A stretch of DNA of 64,000 bases from a virus (taxonomy: Duplodnaviria > Caudoviricetes). The translations under genes were made by a program, and so were the position numbers. The notes under the pieces were generated by a model that ran no database searches, was not told the origin of the DNA, and saw only the letters and a list, made by a program, of their open reading frames with translations. The stretch lies in IMG/VR virus record IMGVR_UViG_3300027804_000038, positions 1-64,000 of that record; one strand, 5' to 3'. Below are positions 7,682-16,586 of the stretch, one piece after another; position 1 is the first letter of the stretch; each line of letters begins with the position of its first letter.

Positions 7682-8062
7682 ATGATTAATCAGGTAATTG
7701 ACAAATACACTAAAAACTTTTTAACTTATCACCATAAGGATTGGTATTGGGTTATTAATCCTGTTACCAATGAATGGGTTGTTAGTGTGGCTAAGACAGG
7801 ATACATATTTTATAACAATGACTTTTGGTCTACCTTTATGATGGTTTGTCCTTTAGGTAATTTATATGATAATATTAGGAATTGGGTTGTTTATAAATTG
7901 GATGTTCCTTTAAGTGAACATTGTTATCCTGATTATATAAATGGAGATTATGATTGGAGGGATGAATTTGATGAATCAAAGATTATTGAGGTTATTAACG
8001 ATGGGGAGTTGATTACTTCCCATAAACATGACCCCATATCTATAATTGAGGGTCATATGTAA
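7682..8062 (+). CDS. Hypothetical protein
   Basis: Follows TATCTTTG at 7668-7675. Confidence 0.75.
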   Translation: MINQVIDKYTKNFLTYHHKDWYWVINPVTNEWVVSVAKTGYIFYNNDFWSTFMMVCPLGNLYDNIRNWVVYKLDVPLSEHCYPDYINGDYDWRDEFDESKIIEVINDGELITSHKHDPISIIEGHM

Positions 8063-8108
8063 AAAAAAATTTTTGGAAAAATTTCAGAAATTTGATTATC
8101 TTTGTAAT

Positions 8109-8696
8109 ATGGAAATTTCAAATAAACTAAAGAAAGTAATATTTAAAAAACTATATAAGGATTTATCTCATGTTGATATAATTCCATATAATGATTCCAT
8201 CTGGTTTATTGATAAGGGAAACTCGTATTGGTACTTTGAATTTGAGAATGATAGTAAGCAACTATGGTGGAGATATGATTTCTTTACTGATTACTTCAAT
8301 TTATTTTCAATGGAAGAAAAAACATTCGTTCCGATTTTATCTGAATGGGTGGAAAATATATTAAATCATAAGGTAAATGAAATTGATAGACATTTCTTTT
8401 TTAGAGGACACATTGTGGAAGAGATGTTAAATTGTAATGTTGAAACAACTTCTTCCAGCTCAACTCCATTTTTTCGGGTGGAAGAGATATTAAATTGTAA
8501 GGTGGAAACAACAACGTCTTCTCAAACATTCTTACTTCAGCGGGTGGAAGAGGTATTAAATTATAAGGCGGAAACAACTGATAGTGGTCCTGTCCCGCCA
8601 AAATTTATGATTGAACATATTTTAAATAATGGAGGTAATAATATAGAATATGTTGTTAGTTCAGATTTGGTTAATCAGGTATTGGGAAATAAATAA
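8109..8696 (+). CDS. Distant member of the small paralog family with five in-frame 21-22-aa repeat units
   Basis: KVIFKK...LFSMEE...SEWVENILNHKV then VEEMLNCNVETT, VEEILNCKVETT, VEEVLNYKAETT, IEHILNNGG; TATCTTTG at 8097-8104. Confidence 0.85.
   Translation: MEISNKLKKVIFKKLYKDLSHVDIIPYNDSIWFIDKGNSYWYFEFENDSKQLWWRYDFFTDYFNLFSMEEKTFVPILSEWVENILNHKVNEIDRHFFFRGHIVEEMLNCNVETTSSSSTPFFRVEEILNCKVETTTSSQTFLLQRVEEVLNYKAETTDSGPVPPKFMIEHILNNGGNNIEYVVSSDLVNQVLGNK
8349..8645 (+). repeat. In-frame repeat/spacer array (36-nt repeats; 30, 27, 30, 30-nt spacers)
   Basis: Repeats at 8349-84, 8415-50, 8478-8513, 8544-79 and degenerate 8610-45; adjacent middle repeats 32/36 identical. Confidence 0.7.
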
Positions 8697-8718
8697 AAAA
8701 TTTTTCCCTTCGGGTTGC

Positions 8719-8756
8719 CAATCCCCCTACCCCCTTTTTTGTTTTTAGATATTTAT
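8719..8756 (+). repeat. Intergenic element AATCCCCC(TA)CCCC-TTTT...TATTTAT; further copies at about 9143-9179 and 9625-9665
   Basis: Precedes three consecutive genes (8764, 9194, 9679). Confidence 0.75.
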
Positions 8757-8763
8757 ATATAAT

Positions 8764-9144
8764 ATGAATACAACAGAACAAGAGCTTAAAGAAATACTTG
8801 ATTATCAAATTGAGACAATAATAAGAAAGGGAACAACATATGAATTTCAAATCATTGACTCACCATCAATTTTTATTGATGGGGAAAGTTTTTTAGCTCG
8901 CACAAATACCGTATCTATAATTAGGGAACATCAATTAACCTCAAAATTTAATTCTATAAGAGAAGAATTTGTGAGCCGAGATGAATACGAAACGGTTGAT
9001 TTTATATTAACGTCCATGGAATTTATTTTAACATTCTTGGAGGAACATAAAGGTAAAAGGATATTTATTATGGGTGAGTCATTTAATTCTGGACCAAATC
9101 CTTTTTTTGTGAGAACTAAAACTATTAGAGCAATAGTGGTTTAA
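8764..9144 (+). CDS. Hypothetical protein
   Basis: 126-aa ORF after TATTTAT. Confidence 0.75.
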   Translation: MNTTEQELKEILDYQIETIIRKGTTYEFQIIDSPSIFIDGESFLARTNTVSIIREHQLTSKFNSIREEFVSRDEYETVDFILTSMEFILTFLEEHKGKRIFIMGESFNSGPNPFFVRTKTIRAIVV

Positions 9145-9193
9145 TCCCCCCCCCCCTTTTTATTTTGTGATATATTTATTATAAAATATTAAT

Positions 9194-9589
9194 ATGAAAA
9201 AAGTTGTAAGATTAACCGAGTCTGATTTGGTTAGAATAGTTAAACGAGTTATTAGTGAAGAACAAGTTAATTTAGGGAATCCTGATTTCCCAGAACTTGG
9301 TTATACAAGCAATATTGATGACGCGAAAAAGAATAGTGACATTTTAAAATCAAAGTTAGAATATTGTAAATCAATTTCACCTAATGAACTTTGTGTATCA
9401 ACAGGGTACCATGATAGTAAAGGTTCGATAATTGGTAAATGGATGGGTCTAAATAAGATTTTACAAAAAAACGGATACGAACAAAAAAAGGGTCCCTCAT
9501 ATAAGGACCCTGTAAATTTAAATTTAAATTCAACTCAAGGATTAGAGGGGTCTGGTCCATATATGATTACCGCGATTTTCACTAAATAA
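9194..9589 (+). CDS. Hypothetical protein with KKVVRLTESDL leader
   Basis: Leader ends VISEEQ. Confidence 0.8.
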   Translation: MKKVVRLTESDLVRIVKRVISEEQVNLGNPDFPELGYTSNIDDAKKNSDILKSKLEYCKSISPNELCVSTGYHDSKGSIIGKWMGLNKILQKNGYEQKKGPSYKDPVNLNLNSTQGLEGSGPYMITAIFTK

Positions 9590-9678
9590 AATTCAAAAAT
9601 AAAAAATAATTTTTTTCCGTCGTTCAATCCCCCCTACCCCCTTTTTTGTTTTGGGATATATTTATCATAAACACTAAT

Positions 9679-9993
9679 ATGGAAAATATTGAAAACTATA
9701 AAAATAGATTTTATAATCTTATGGAATCATCAATGGGTGATGTCAGGCCATTAATTAATGAAGAGTTATCTGTCGGTAAACAAGTTTTTTTTGATGTTTA
9801 CAAAGATGATAAAACAAACAATAAATTGGGTTCGGTTGCAATGTTTGTAACTAAAGGTCCTAATGCTGACGAATATAAACTTGAGGCGACTGACAAATCT
9901 GAATTTCCTGAGTTATTGGACGGTGTTTATTTGTATAAATTGGGTTATTTAACCACCAAAGGTGGAAAATATATTCTAAGACCTAAAAAATAA
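9679..9993 (+). CDS. Hypothetical protein with MENIENYKNRF leader
   Basis: Leader similar to that of 16587-17789. Confidence 0.8.
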   Translation: MENIENYKNRFYNLMESSMGDVRPLINEELSVGKQVFFDVYKDDKTNNKLGSVAMFVTKGPNADEYKLEATDKSEFPELLDGVYLYKLGYLTTKGGKYILRPKK

Positions 9994-10007
9994 TAGTTTT
10001 AAAAATC

Positions 10008-10502
10008 ATGAAAAAAATAGTAAGATTAACTGAAAGAGAATTAACAAATATTGTTAAGAAGGTTATTAAAGAAGAAAGTTCCCCAAAAGAAAAAAATTTA
10101 TACACATTATTACATTCGTTAAGAAATTCAATTAACGACGAGGATAAGAAAGAGTCGTTATCCAAACTTGAAGATATTTTATCTATTGTTAGAGATATGG
10201 AAGACAAACCTAAATCAAAACGTAAGGTTAATGAAAATAGACATGAAGAAAAAGATATTTTCATATCTAAAGGTTTCAAGGGAGTAAGAAGTGAGTTTGG
10301 TGATGAGGAGTATGTATCACCACAGGACATTATTAAAGCGTACAACGATACTGTTGAAGAAGGAACACCATTGGTGAAATATCTTGGACGTGATATTTTT
10401 TTAAACGCAGATGATGAGGAAATTGATAAGTATACAGTTCTTGATGAGTTGAACTATGCTATTCTTGGAAGGGAAGAAGATGAGGAAGACGATTATATGT
10501 AA
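10008..10502 (+). CDS. Hypothetical protein with KKIVRLTE leader
   Basis: 164 aa, acidic C-terminus. Confidence 0.8.
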   Translation: MKKIVRLTERELTNIVKKVIKEESSPKEKNLYTLLHSLRNSINDEDKKESLSKLEDILSIVRDMEDKPKSKRKVNENRHEEKDIFISKGFKGVRSEFGDEEYVSPQDIIKAYNDTVEEGTPLVKYLGRDIFLNADDEEIDKYTVLDELNYAILGREEDEEDDYM

Positions 10503-10561
10503 AATAATTATCTACAACCCATCCATGTGAGGGGTTTTTGTTTTGAGATATATTTATGAAT

Positions 10562-11911
10562 ATGGGAAAATTTATAATTACGGAAGAAGAAAGAAATAGG
10601 ATTATATTACTTCATAAAACAAGAACATCCCAATTATATCTTACCGAACAAATTACAAGTATTGAGCAACAAACTATGATTGCTTGCGGTGCGGGTGATT
10701 TACTAAAAGTTAAAACACTTAATGGTAAAAATGCTCAGGAAGTTGATAATGTTGCTCACACTATCTGTGATAATTTAAAAAATAAGTTCCCGTATGAATA
10801 CAAAGTATATAGCCCCAATTTTGAAAATTCAAGGCAGGCAGCATCGTCAGTTAAAACTCAACAAACTGCCAAAAAAACTATAGAAAAAAATGTTTCAGAT
10901 AAAAACTACGAAAAATTTAAAAAATTTTGTGATAACACAAAACTATTAAGCTCATTTAAATCTTGGGCGGATACAAACTCCGCACCTCTAATTAAACAAC
11001 TTGGGATTACCCAAAAAACTACTTTTTGTGATGTAAAATATTACCAATTATGGTTTGCGAAATTAAAAACCCAATATGTTTCAGGAGAATTTAAAACTTA
11101 TTATTTGGGAGAAGCATTCAAACACATATATGACTTTGGTCAAGTTAAAAAAGAAGCTTTAGGTAAACCAGATATTACTTCAAAAAGAAGTACAACAGGA
11201 GGTAAAGAAAGAAGTTTGGTATTACCTTCAGGTAAAGTTGCGGTTATAAGTGGTGATGGTAGTGAGAGTGTTCGTCTACTTGGCAACTCTGTTGAAAAAG
11301 GTGCGTCTATTGAGGTATGGATTGATTTTATATCATTAATTTTAGAAATAATACCTGGTTTTGGCACTTTGGCTTCAGGAATTATTGATATCGCAACGTC
11401 ACTTGTAAATTTGGTAAAATCATCATTAACAAGTGATACATTTGATAAAGCCATTCTTTTTACAAAAGGGATTGTTGGTTTGGCGGGAGCCTTTATACCT
11501 GCGGCTGGAAATGTGGTCGTTATAGCTGTAAAAAAATATTTGAGTGTAATTTCAGATTGGTGGGGAACCTTATTATCAAAACTCACAAATTTGGTCGGTA
11601 AAGGTAAAATAACAAAATCTTTGGCTAATAAATTATTGTCTGATGACCTATCAGCAATTTTGGGTGTAATATTTAATAAATTAATTAATTATGTTTCGGG
11701 AGTAACCAAAGACTTCGTAGAGAACGGATTAAAGGCGGGACTTGAAGGTGCAATTAATTTGTTAAAAGAAAATTCTTCTTTACCTGGTCTTAACGCTTTA
11801 ATTGAAATTTTAGAGACGTTTTTATTACCAATAAACGGTTTAGTACAATTTATTAATTCTTCTGAAGGACAAGAAATTCAAAATTTACCAAGAGACTTAT
11901 CAAAGGCATAA
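10562..11911 (+). CDS. Leader-bearing protein with a hydrophobic helical C-terminal half (candidate ejected/membrane-active virion protein)
   Basis: MGKFIITEEE leader; WIDFISLILEIIPGFGTLASGIIDIA and further amphipathic helices. Confidence 0.7.
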   Translation: MGKFIITEEERNRIILLHKTRTSQLYLTEQITSIEQQTMIACGAGDLLKVKTLNGKNAQEVDNVAHTICDNLKNKFPYEYKVYSPNFENSRQAASSVKTQQTAKKTIEKNVSDKNYEKFKKFCDNTKLLSSFKSWADTNSAPLIKQLGITQKTTFCDVKYYQLWFAKLKTQYVSGEFKTYYLGEAFKHIYDFGQVKKEALGKPDITSKRSTTGGKERSLVLPSGKVAVISGDGSESVRLLGNSVEKGASIEVWIDFISLILEIIPGFGTLASGIIDIATSLVNLVKSSLTSDTFDKAILFTKGIVGLAGAFIPAAGNVVVIAVKKYLSVISDWWGTLLSKLTNLVGKGKITKSLANKLLSDDLSAILGVIFNKLINYVSGVTKDFVENGLKAGLEGAINLLKENSSLPGLNALIEILETFLLPINGLVQFINSSEGQEIQNLPRDLSKA

Positions 11912-11922
11912 TTTATAACCAT

Positions 11923-12111
11923 ATGATTAAATTTATAAAATTTTTTTTATTGTGGGTTTCTTCTAATTTATCTATTCCATTTTGGATTGTTGGGCATATC
12001 CATCTTGGAATGAATGTTTATGATGACGTAATTGAAATATTATCTTCTATTGGTATGAATTTACTTGTTGGGGTTGGATTTTATCTTGAGTGGATTGAAT
12101 ATAAAAAATAA
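11923..12111 (+). CDS. Small membrane protein
   Basis: Two hydrophobic segments in 62 aa. Confidence 0.7.
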   Translation: MIKFIKFFLLWVSSNLSIPFWIVGHIHLGMNVYDDVIEILSSIGMNLLVGVGFYLEWIEYKK

Positions 12112-12131
12112 AAATATGTATTTATTTTTAC

Positions 12132-12416
12132 ATGGAAAAAGTTATTTCTAAGATTGTTAAACATATTATGGAAAAAAAATTTCCTAAGTTTATTGACGTT
12201 GATGTAAAAAAGGAAAAAGATTTTTTTAATACTTACGTTAATGATGAGCTCAATTATGAATATCATATTTTTTTAACGGTTGACTATTCTGATTTTATCC
12301 CAATTAGTAATTCAGGAGAGTGGGATAAATTAAAATCATTTATTCGTGAAATAATTAGAATATCAGGAATTAAAAATCCAATTAGAATTTATATTAATTT
12401 TCCTGACGAAGATTAA
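12132..12416 (+). CDS. Hypothetical protein (KKFP family)
   Basis: Similar to 14526-14783. Confidence 0.75.
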   Translation: MEKVISKIVKHIMEKKFPKFIDVDVKKEKDFFNTYVNDELNYEYHIFLTVDYSDFIPISNSGEWDKLKSFIREIIRISGIKNPIRIYINFPDED

Positions 12417-13087
12417 AAATATAATCTTTTACCACTTGAGTCGTAGAAACTAATATTCAAATCAATATACATATAATCTTTATTTGTTATTAATATATCG
12501 TCCCATATTAAATTCATTGCCCTGTCGTATCTCTCATCCAAGTAATCAGAGAAAGATTTTTTGTTAAATAAAAAATCAAAGATACTATACAAATCTTTTT
12601 CGCTCACTTCTCTATCATTATAATAATTGTTAATTAACTTAACTTTGATATGTATTTGATTACCATCTCCATCAGAGGTAACGTCAATAAACTCTGAGAT
12701 TATTTCCGATTCAAAATCAGAATATTTTATTTTTGTTACACTTGAGATTGAATTGGAGATTTCTCTAGTGTCAATTTTATTAAGATATATTTGATTTTTA
12801 TCCGCATTATCAAAATAAAAATTAAAAAATTGTTTTAAATAGTAGAAGTTTGAAGGTCCTGGTGACGGTGGTGGAGGGATAAGATTTCCAAAAAATAATA
12901 TTTCAGAATTAAAAAATTCTATAACAACGTATGGATTATAAGATAATTTTTTTGGGTTTGATATATATACATTAATCTTGTTTGAAGACTCGTTGTATTC
13001 AGATTTATAAGTTAACCCATGAAGATTGACCTTATTGTCTTTTATTAATGCACTATGAAATTTATTAATTAATTTACTATTAATCAT
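12413..13087 (-). CDS. Hypothetical protein
   Basis: 224-aa ORF. Confidence 0.7.
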   Translation of the reverse strand: MINSKLINKFHSALIKDNKVNLHGLTYKSEYNESSNKINVYISNPKKLSYNPYVVIEFFNSEILFFGNLIPPPPSPGPSNFYYLKQFFNFYFDNADKNQIYLNKIDTREISNSISSVTKIKYSDFESEIISEFIDVTSDGDGNQIHIKVKLINNYYNDREVSEKDLYSIFDFLFNKKSFSDYLDERYDRAMNLIWDDILITNKDYMYIDLNISFYDSSGKRLYF

Positions 13088-13170
13088 GACATTTAATTAT
13101 AAGTATTAAATTAATAAATTTTTTACATTTTGACAAATGAACAAGTTATTATTAATATATTTATTTTAAT

Positions 13171-13653
13171 ATGGAAAATTCACAACTAGAAAGACTACCT
13201 GATAAAGTTTTAATTAAACTTATTAGTAATATAATAAATGAATGTGAGAAAGATGGTGAAGATTGGTTAGATATATATTCAGATGAATCAATCTATGACA
13301 TATTTGAAACAAATATTAAAGTAGTCGGAGTTAAAAGTGAGTCAATTGACGTTGATTACATTCTTTCTTTAATTAAATTAAATATTAAGGAAAAATTTAT
13401 CACCCCACTAAAAAGACCAAAAATTGAGGCTTACGAGCAAGATATTTATATATCTGAAACTATATACCAAACTAACGTACATAGAGCTACAGTTTATTCT
13501 TATAATGAAAAAGACATAAAAAATAGACTTACTTTTGAAGAAGGTATAGGATATTTTTCACCATTTGATTGGGATATTGTTCATACACAAATTCATGATT
13601 CCGAAACAACGGAAATATACTACCAGAAACCTGAAAAAATAAACAAGTTTTAA
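13171..13653 (+). CDS. Hypothetical protein, paralog of 14821-15300
   Basis: MENSQLERLPDKVL vs MEQSKLENIPDKIL; shared I..DY and RPK motifs. Confidence 0.8.
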   Translation: MENSQLERLPDKVLIKLISNIINECEKDGEDWLDIYSDESIYDIFETNIKVVGVKSESIDVDYILSLIKLNIKEKFITPLKRPKIEAYEQDIYISETIYQTNVHRATVYSYNEKDIKNRLTFEEGIGYFSPFDWDIVHTQIHDSETTEIYYQKPEKINKF

Positions 13654-13689
13654 TTTTTTTTATTTAAATTATTTTTTTATATTTGCATC

Positions 13690-14202
13690 ATGAGAATTGA
13701 TAATTTTGTAAAAAATATTAGTATTGACGAACTTTTAGAATTAAGAGATAAGGTTAATAGTAGAATAAATTCATATGAAGACGGATATTTTTATATCTGT
13801 GATGTCCGTTCTTATGGAAGGAGTTGGAAAGAAAATCACGTAAACCCATATACTCTTCAGGAGTTATGTTATCAGTATTTTGGTGATGACGGTATTGTTG
13901 ATGTTTATACAAACAATCCTGATTTGAATATTGAAAACTACGGGAATGTTAAATTTGTCCCAACAAAAGAAGATTTGGAGAAATGGAAAAATTATACATT
14001 TTTGGAAAATCATATTCCTCTATGGGAAAAAGAGATTGAGGAATGGAAAAACCGAGATAATGTCCCGTTTAATCAACGACCACTATTTCAACCCTATTTA
14101 AAGTCTGAAAATATTGAAGAATATAAAAAAGAAATGTCCCAAATTGAGGGAACATTTGTGGAACCTGTTAATTTAAAAAAATATTCTGACGACGAATCAT
14201 AA
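13690..14202 (+). CDS. Hypothetical protein
   Basis: Follows TATATTTG at 13678-13685. Confidence 0.8.
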   Translation: MRIDNFVKNISIDELLELRDKVNSRINSYEDGYFYICDVRSYGRSWKENHVNPYTLQELCYQYFGDDGIVDVYTNNPDLNIENYGNVKFVPTKEDLEKWKNYTFLENHIPLWEKEIEEWKNRDNVPFNQRPLFQPYLKSENIEEYKKEMSQIEGTFVEPVNLKKYSDDES

Positions 14203-14523
14203 ATGATAACTAGCACTGATAATAAAATAATTGTCGGAGGACAAATTGAAAATAAAATAGATTTCCAAAGATGCGAATCTATGGGAGTTAAACCATACTA
14301 TTTAGATGTATCAAATGATGGAAATTATAATATGGTTGAGATTACAGAAAAATTACCTATCTCAAAACAATTTATTAGTGTATTTTTATTAAACCCAAAT
14401 CAGTTGGATGAAATTAATAAAGTTATTGATGGGGTTAACAGTATAACTTCTTTATATCTACAAAAAATTGAATTATTTAAGGAATATATTCCTTCTATAT
14501 TAGTTGATAAGATAATTAAGTAA
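14203..14523 (+). CDS. Hypothetical protein
   Basis: Coupled to the upstream gene. Confidence 0.7.
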   Translation: MITSTDNKIIVGGQIENKIDFQRCESMGVKPYYLDVSNDGNYNMVEITEKLPISKQFISVFLLNPNQLDEINKVIDGVNSITSLYLQKIELFKEYIPSILVDKIIK

Positions 14524-14525
14524 TT

Positions 14526-14783
14526 TTATTCTTTCAAACCAAAAGACACTTGATTAATTACGTTTCCTTCAATCTCAAAAGAATATTTCGAAATTTCTTT
14601 AATATATTTTTTTATTTCTTTATCGTAGATTATATCTTGATATCTGTTAAGTAAGACAAATACATGGAGGTAGTACATCATCGGACCAATCTCTTCTTCA
14701 TTGACTATTACTTCATTCACAATTTTAGGGAATTTGTGTTTTAAAGTGACATTAAGTAGTTTATTAATTGCTCCTGTTTCCAT
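14526..14783 (-). CDS. Hypothetical protein (KHKFP family)
   Basis: Similar to 12132-12416. Confidence 0.7.
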   Translation of the reverse strand: METGAINKLLNVTLKHKFPKIVNEVIVNEEEIGPMMYYLHVFVLLNRYQDIIYDKEIKKYIKEISKYSFEIEGNVINQVSFGLKE

Positions 14784-14820
14784 ATATTATAAAATAAATA
14801 TATTTATATAGAAAATAAAT

Positions 14821-15300
14821 ATGGAACAGTCTAAGCTCGAAAATATACCTGACAAAATATTGTATTTAATAATTAAAAAAATCAACGACTCTATCAATAT
14901 TGATTTGGAAGATAGTGATTTTATTGAAGAATCTGACAGCATTGCAAAAATTATGGGTATTGGGAATCTTGACTATATTGATTATAACTATATCGCGTCA
15001 ACATTTGAGTTGAATACGCCTTCTTTCTGGGAAAAAGATAAATTAGAAGGTGAAATTAATAGACCTAAACCAAAATTATATCTTTATGATTGGTATGAAA
15101 GAAAAATTGAAACTGTTGAGACAACTTATAGGTTACAACAAACAAGTTATTCTTCAAAATTAGTTGAAGACACAATACGAATGATTGACAATGATGGGAA
15201 CCTTGAGTGGTACGATGGTAAGGAGATAGATAGAGAATATATTGATGGAGAAACAACTGATTCTGGGTTTATTCAGGGCTCAATCAGAGAAAGAAAATAA
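14821..15300 (+). CDS. Hypothetical protein, paralog of 13171-13653
   Basis: See paralog. Confidence 0.8.
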   Translation: MEQSKLENIPDKILYLIIKKINDSINIDLEDSDFIEESDSIAKIMGIGNLDYIDYNYIASTFELNTPSFWEKDKLEGEINRPKPKLYLYDWYERKIETVETTYRLQQTSYSSKLVEDTIRMIDNDGNLEWYDGKEIDREYIDGETTDSGFIQGSIRERK

Positions 15301-15308
15301 TAATTACA

Positions 15309-15656
15309 ATGAAACACTCAATCTATAGAGAAAAAATAAAAGACTTAATTAGAAAAAAGTTTAAAGTTGATTTAACTGGTAAAATTTATTTAGTTAAAAG
15401 TACATATGACGTTCCTATGTCATTTGACCAATATATTCATCCTAATGTTATAAATAGGTGGATAAATAATGACGAACCATTATATGCGATTAGAATTGGG
15501 AAATACGAGTTTTTATATCAAGAACAAAATGATAGGCCATTTGTTGTTAGTAAGGTTGGTGTTGATTTTTCTGAACGAGAATTCATGGATGCTGTTGGAT
15601 TATCCCCTATTGGATTGACTATGAAACAATTAATTGATATTTATGGTGTAAATTAA
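15309..15656 (+). CDS. Hypothetical protein, paralog of 2844-3200
   Basis: KFKVDLTGK...FMDAVGLSPIGLT. Confidence 0.8.
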   Translation: MKHSIYREKIKDLIRKKFKVDLTGKIYLVKSTYDVPMSFDQYIHPNVINRWINNDEPLYAIRIGKYEFLYQEQNDRPFVVSKVGVDFSEREFMDAVGLSPIGLTMKQLIDIYGVN

Positions 15657-15657
15657 A

Positions 15658-16212
15658 ATGAAATATATTATAACTGAAAACCAATTGGATTATATCAAGC
15701 ATATTAATGATGCTAAAAATATATTTTTTAAATACTGGAATAAAAAAGAACCTATTATTAACGATGAAGTTTTAAAATTATTTGGATTTAATCGTGCAGG
15801 TAGAGCAAGATGGGGAGAAATAACAATTACTATTGATATTGTTTATGGGTTTTTAAGAGAATATATAGGGGAGGATGAATCATCAAAAATTGTAAAAAGT
15901 TTTTTAGATAAAAAAATATTCGAGATTAATAATTGTGGAGGGTACCGATTCAAATTTGAAGTTCCCGATTATACCATAGATAGTGAAATAGGTCAAGTTA
16001 ATTTAACAATAGATGTGATTTTAGAAGATAGTGAAGTTACTTTAATTATGACTACAGGTGAAACTATAAGTTTAAAAGATGCAATTGATGATGTTGAAAT
16101 TGGTTGGGAGATACATGACGAAGTACAAGGATGTGTAATTGATTTTTTTGTTAGTAACTTATCTAATAAAACAGGGTATTCGGTTACTCTAAACGACATT
16201 AATTTTAATTAA
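15658..16212 (+). CDS. Hypothetical protein with MKYIITENQ leader
   Basis: 184 aa. Confidence 0.8.
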   Translation: MKYIITENQLDYIKHINDAKNIFFKYWNKKEPIINDEVLKLFGFNRAGRARWGEITITIDIVYGFLREYIGEDESSKIVKSFLDKKIFEINNCGGYRFKFEVPDYTIDSEIGQVNLTIDVILEDSEVTLIMTTGETISLKDAIDDVEIGWEIHDEVQGCVIDFFVSNLSNKTGYSVTLNDINFN

Positions 16213-16213
16213 T

Positions 16214-16561
16214 ATGAAAATAGTTTTAAAAGATACTCAGTTAGAAAAGATAAAAAATAAAATACAAGATTTAATTGATTATGAATTAAACCAATTGAGA
16301 GAAGAATCTGAAGAATGGGGAATGGGTGAAATGGATGAATTACACGAACTCCAATCTGTTGATAAAATCACTATTGACCATATTACTATGATTGGTAAAA
16401 TTAAAGTCTATATTAACATTCATCGTGAACAATTAAGACATGATTTTGATAATTTAAGAGCGGAAATACAGTACAGATTAGAAAATTGGATACCAAATAT
16501 TGAATTATATATAAATGAGATAATAGATGATAGGGAATTTGGGCCAGGAATTGACTGGTAA
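16214..16561 (+). CDS. Hypothetical protein
   Basis: 115 aa, acidic. Confidence 0.75.
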   Translation: MKIVLKDTQLEKIKNKIQDLIDYELNQLREESEEWGMGEMDELHELQSVDKITIDHITMIGKIKVYINIHREQLRHDFDNLRAEIQYRLENWIPNIELYINEIIDDREFGPGIDW

Positions 16562-16586
16562 TAAACTATTTATTTAAAAAAAATAC

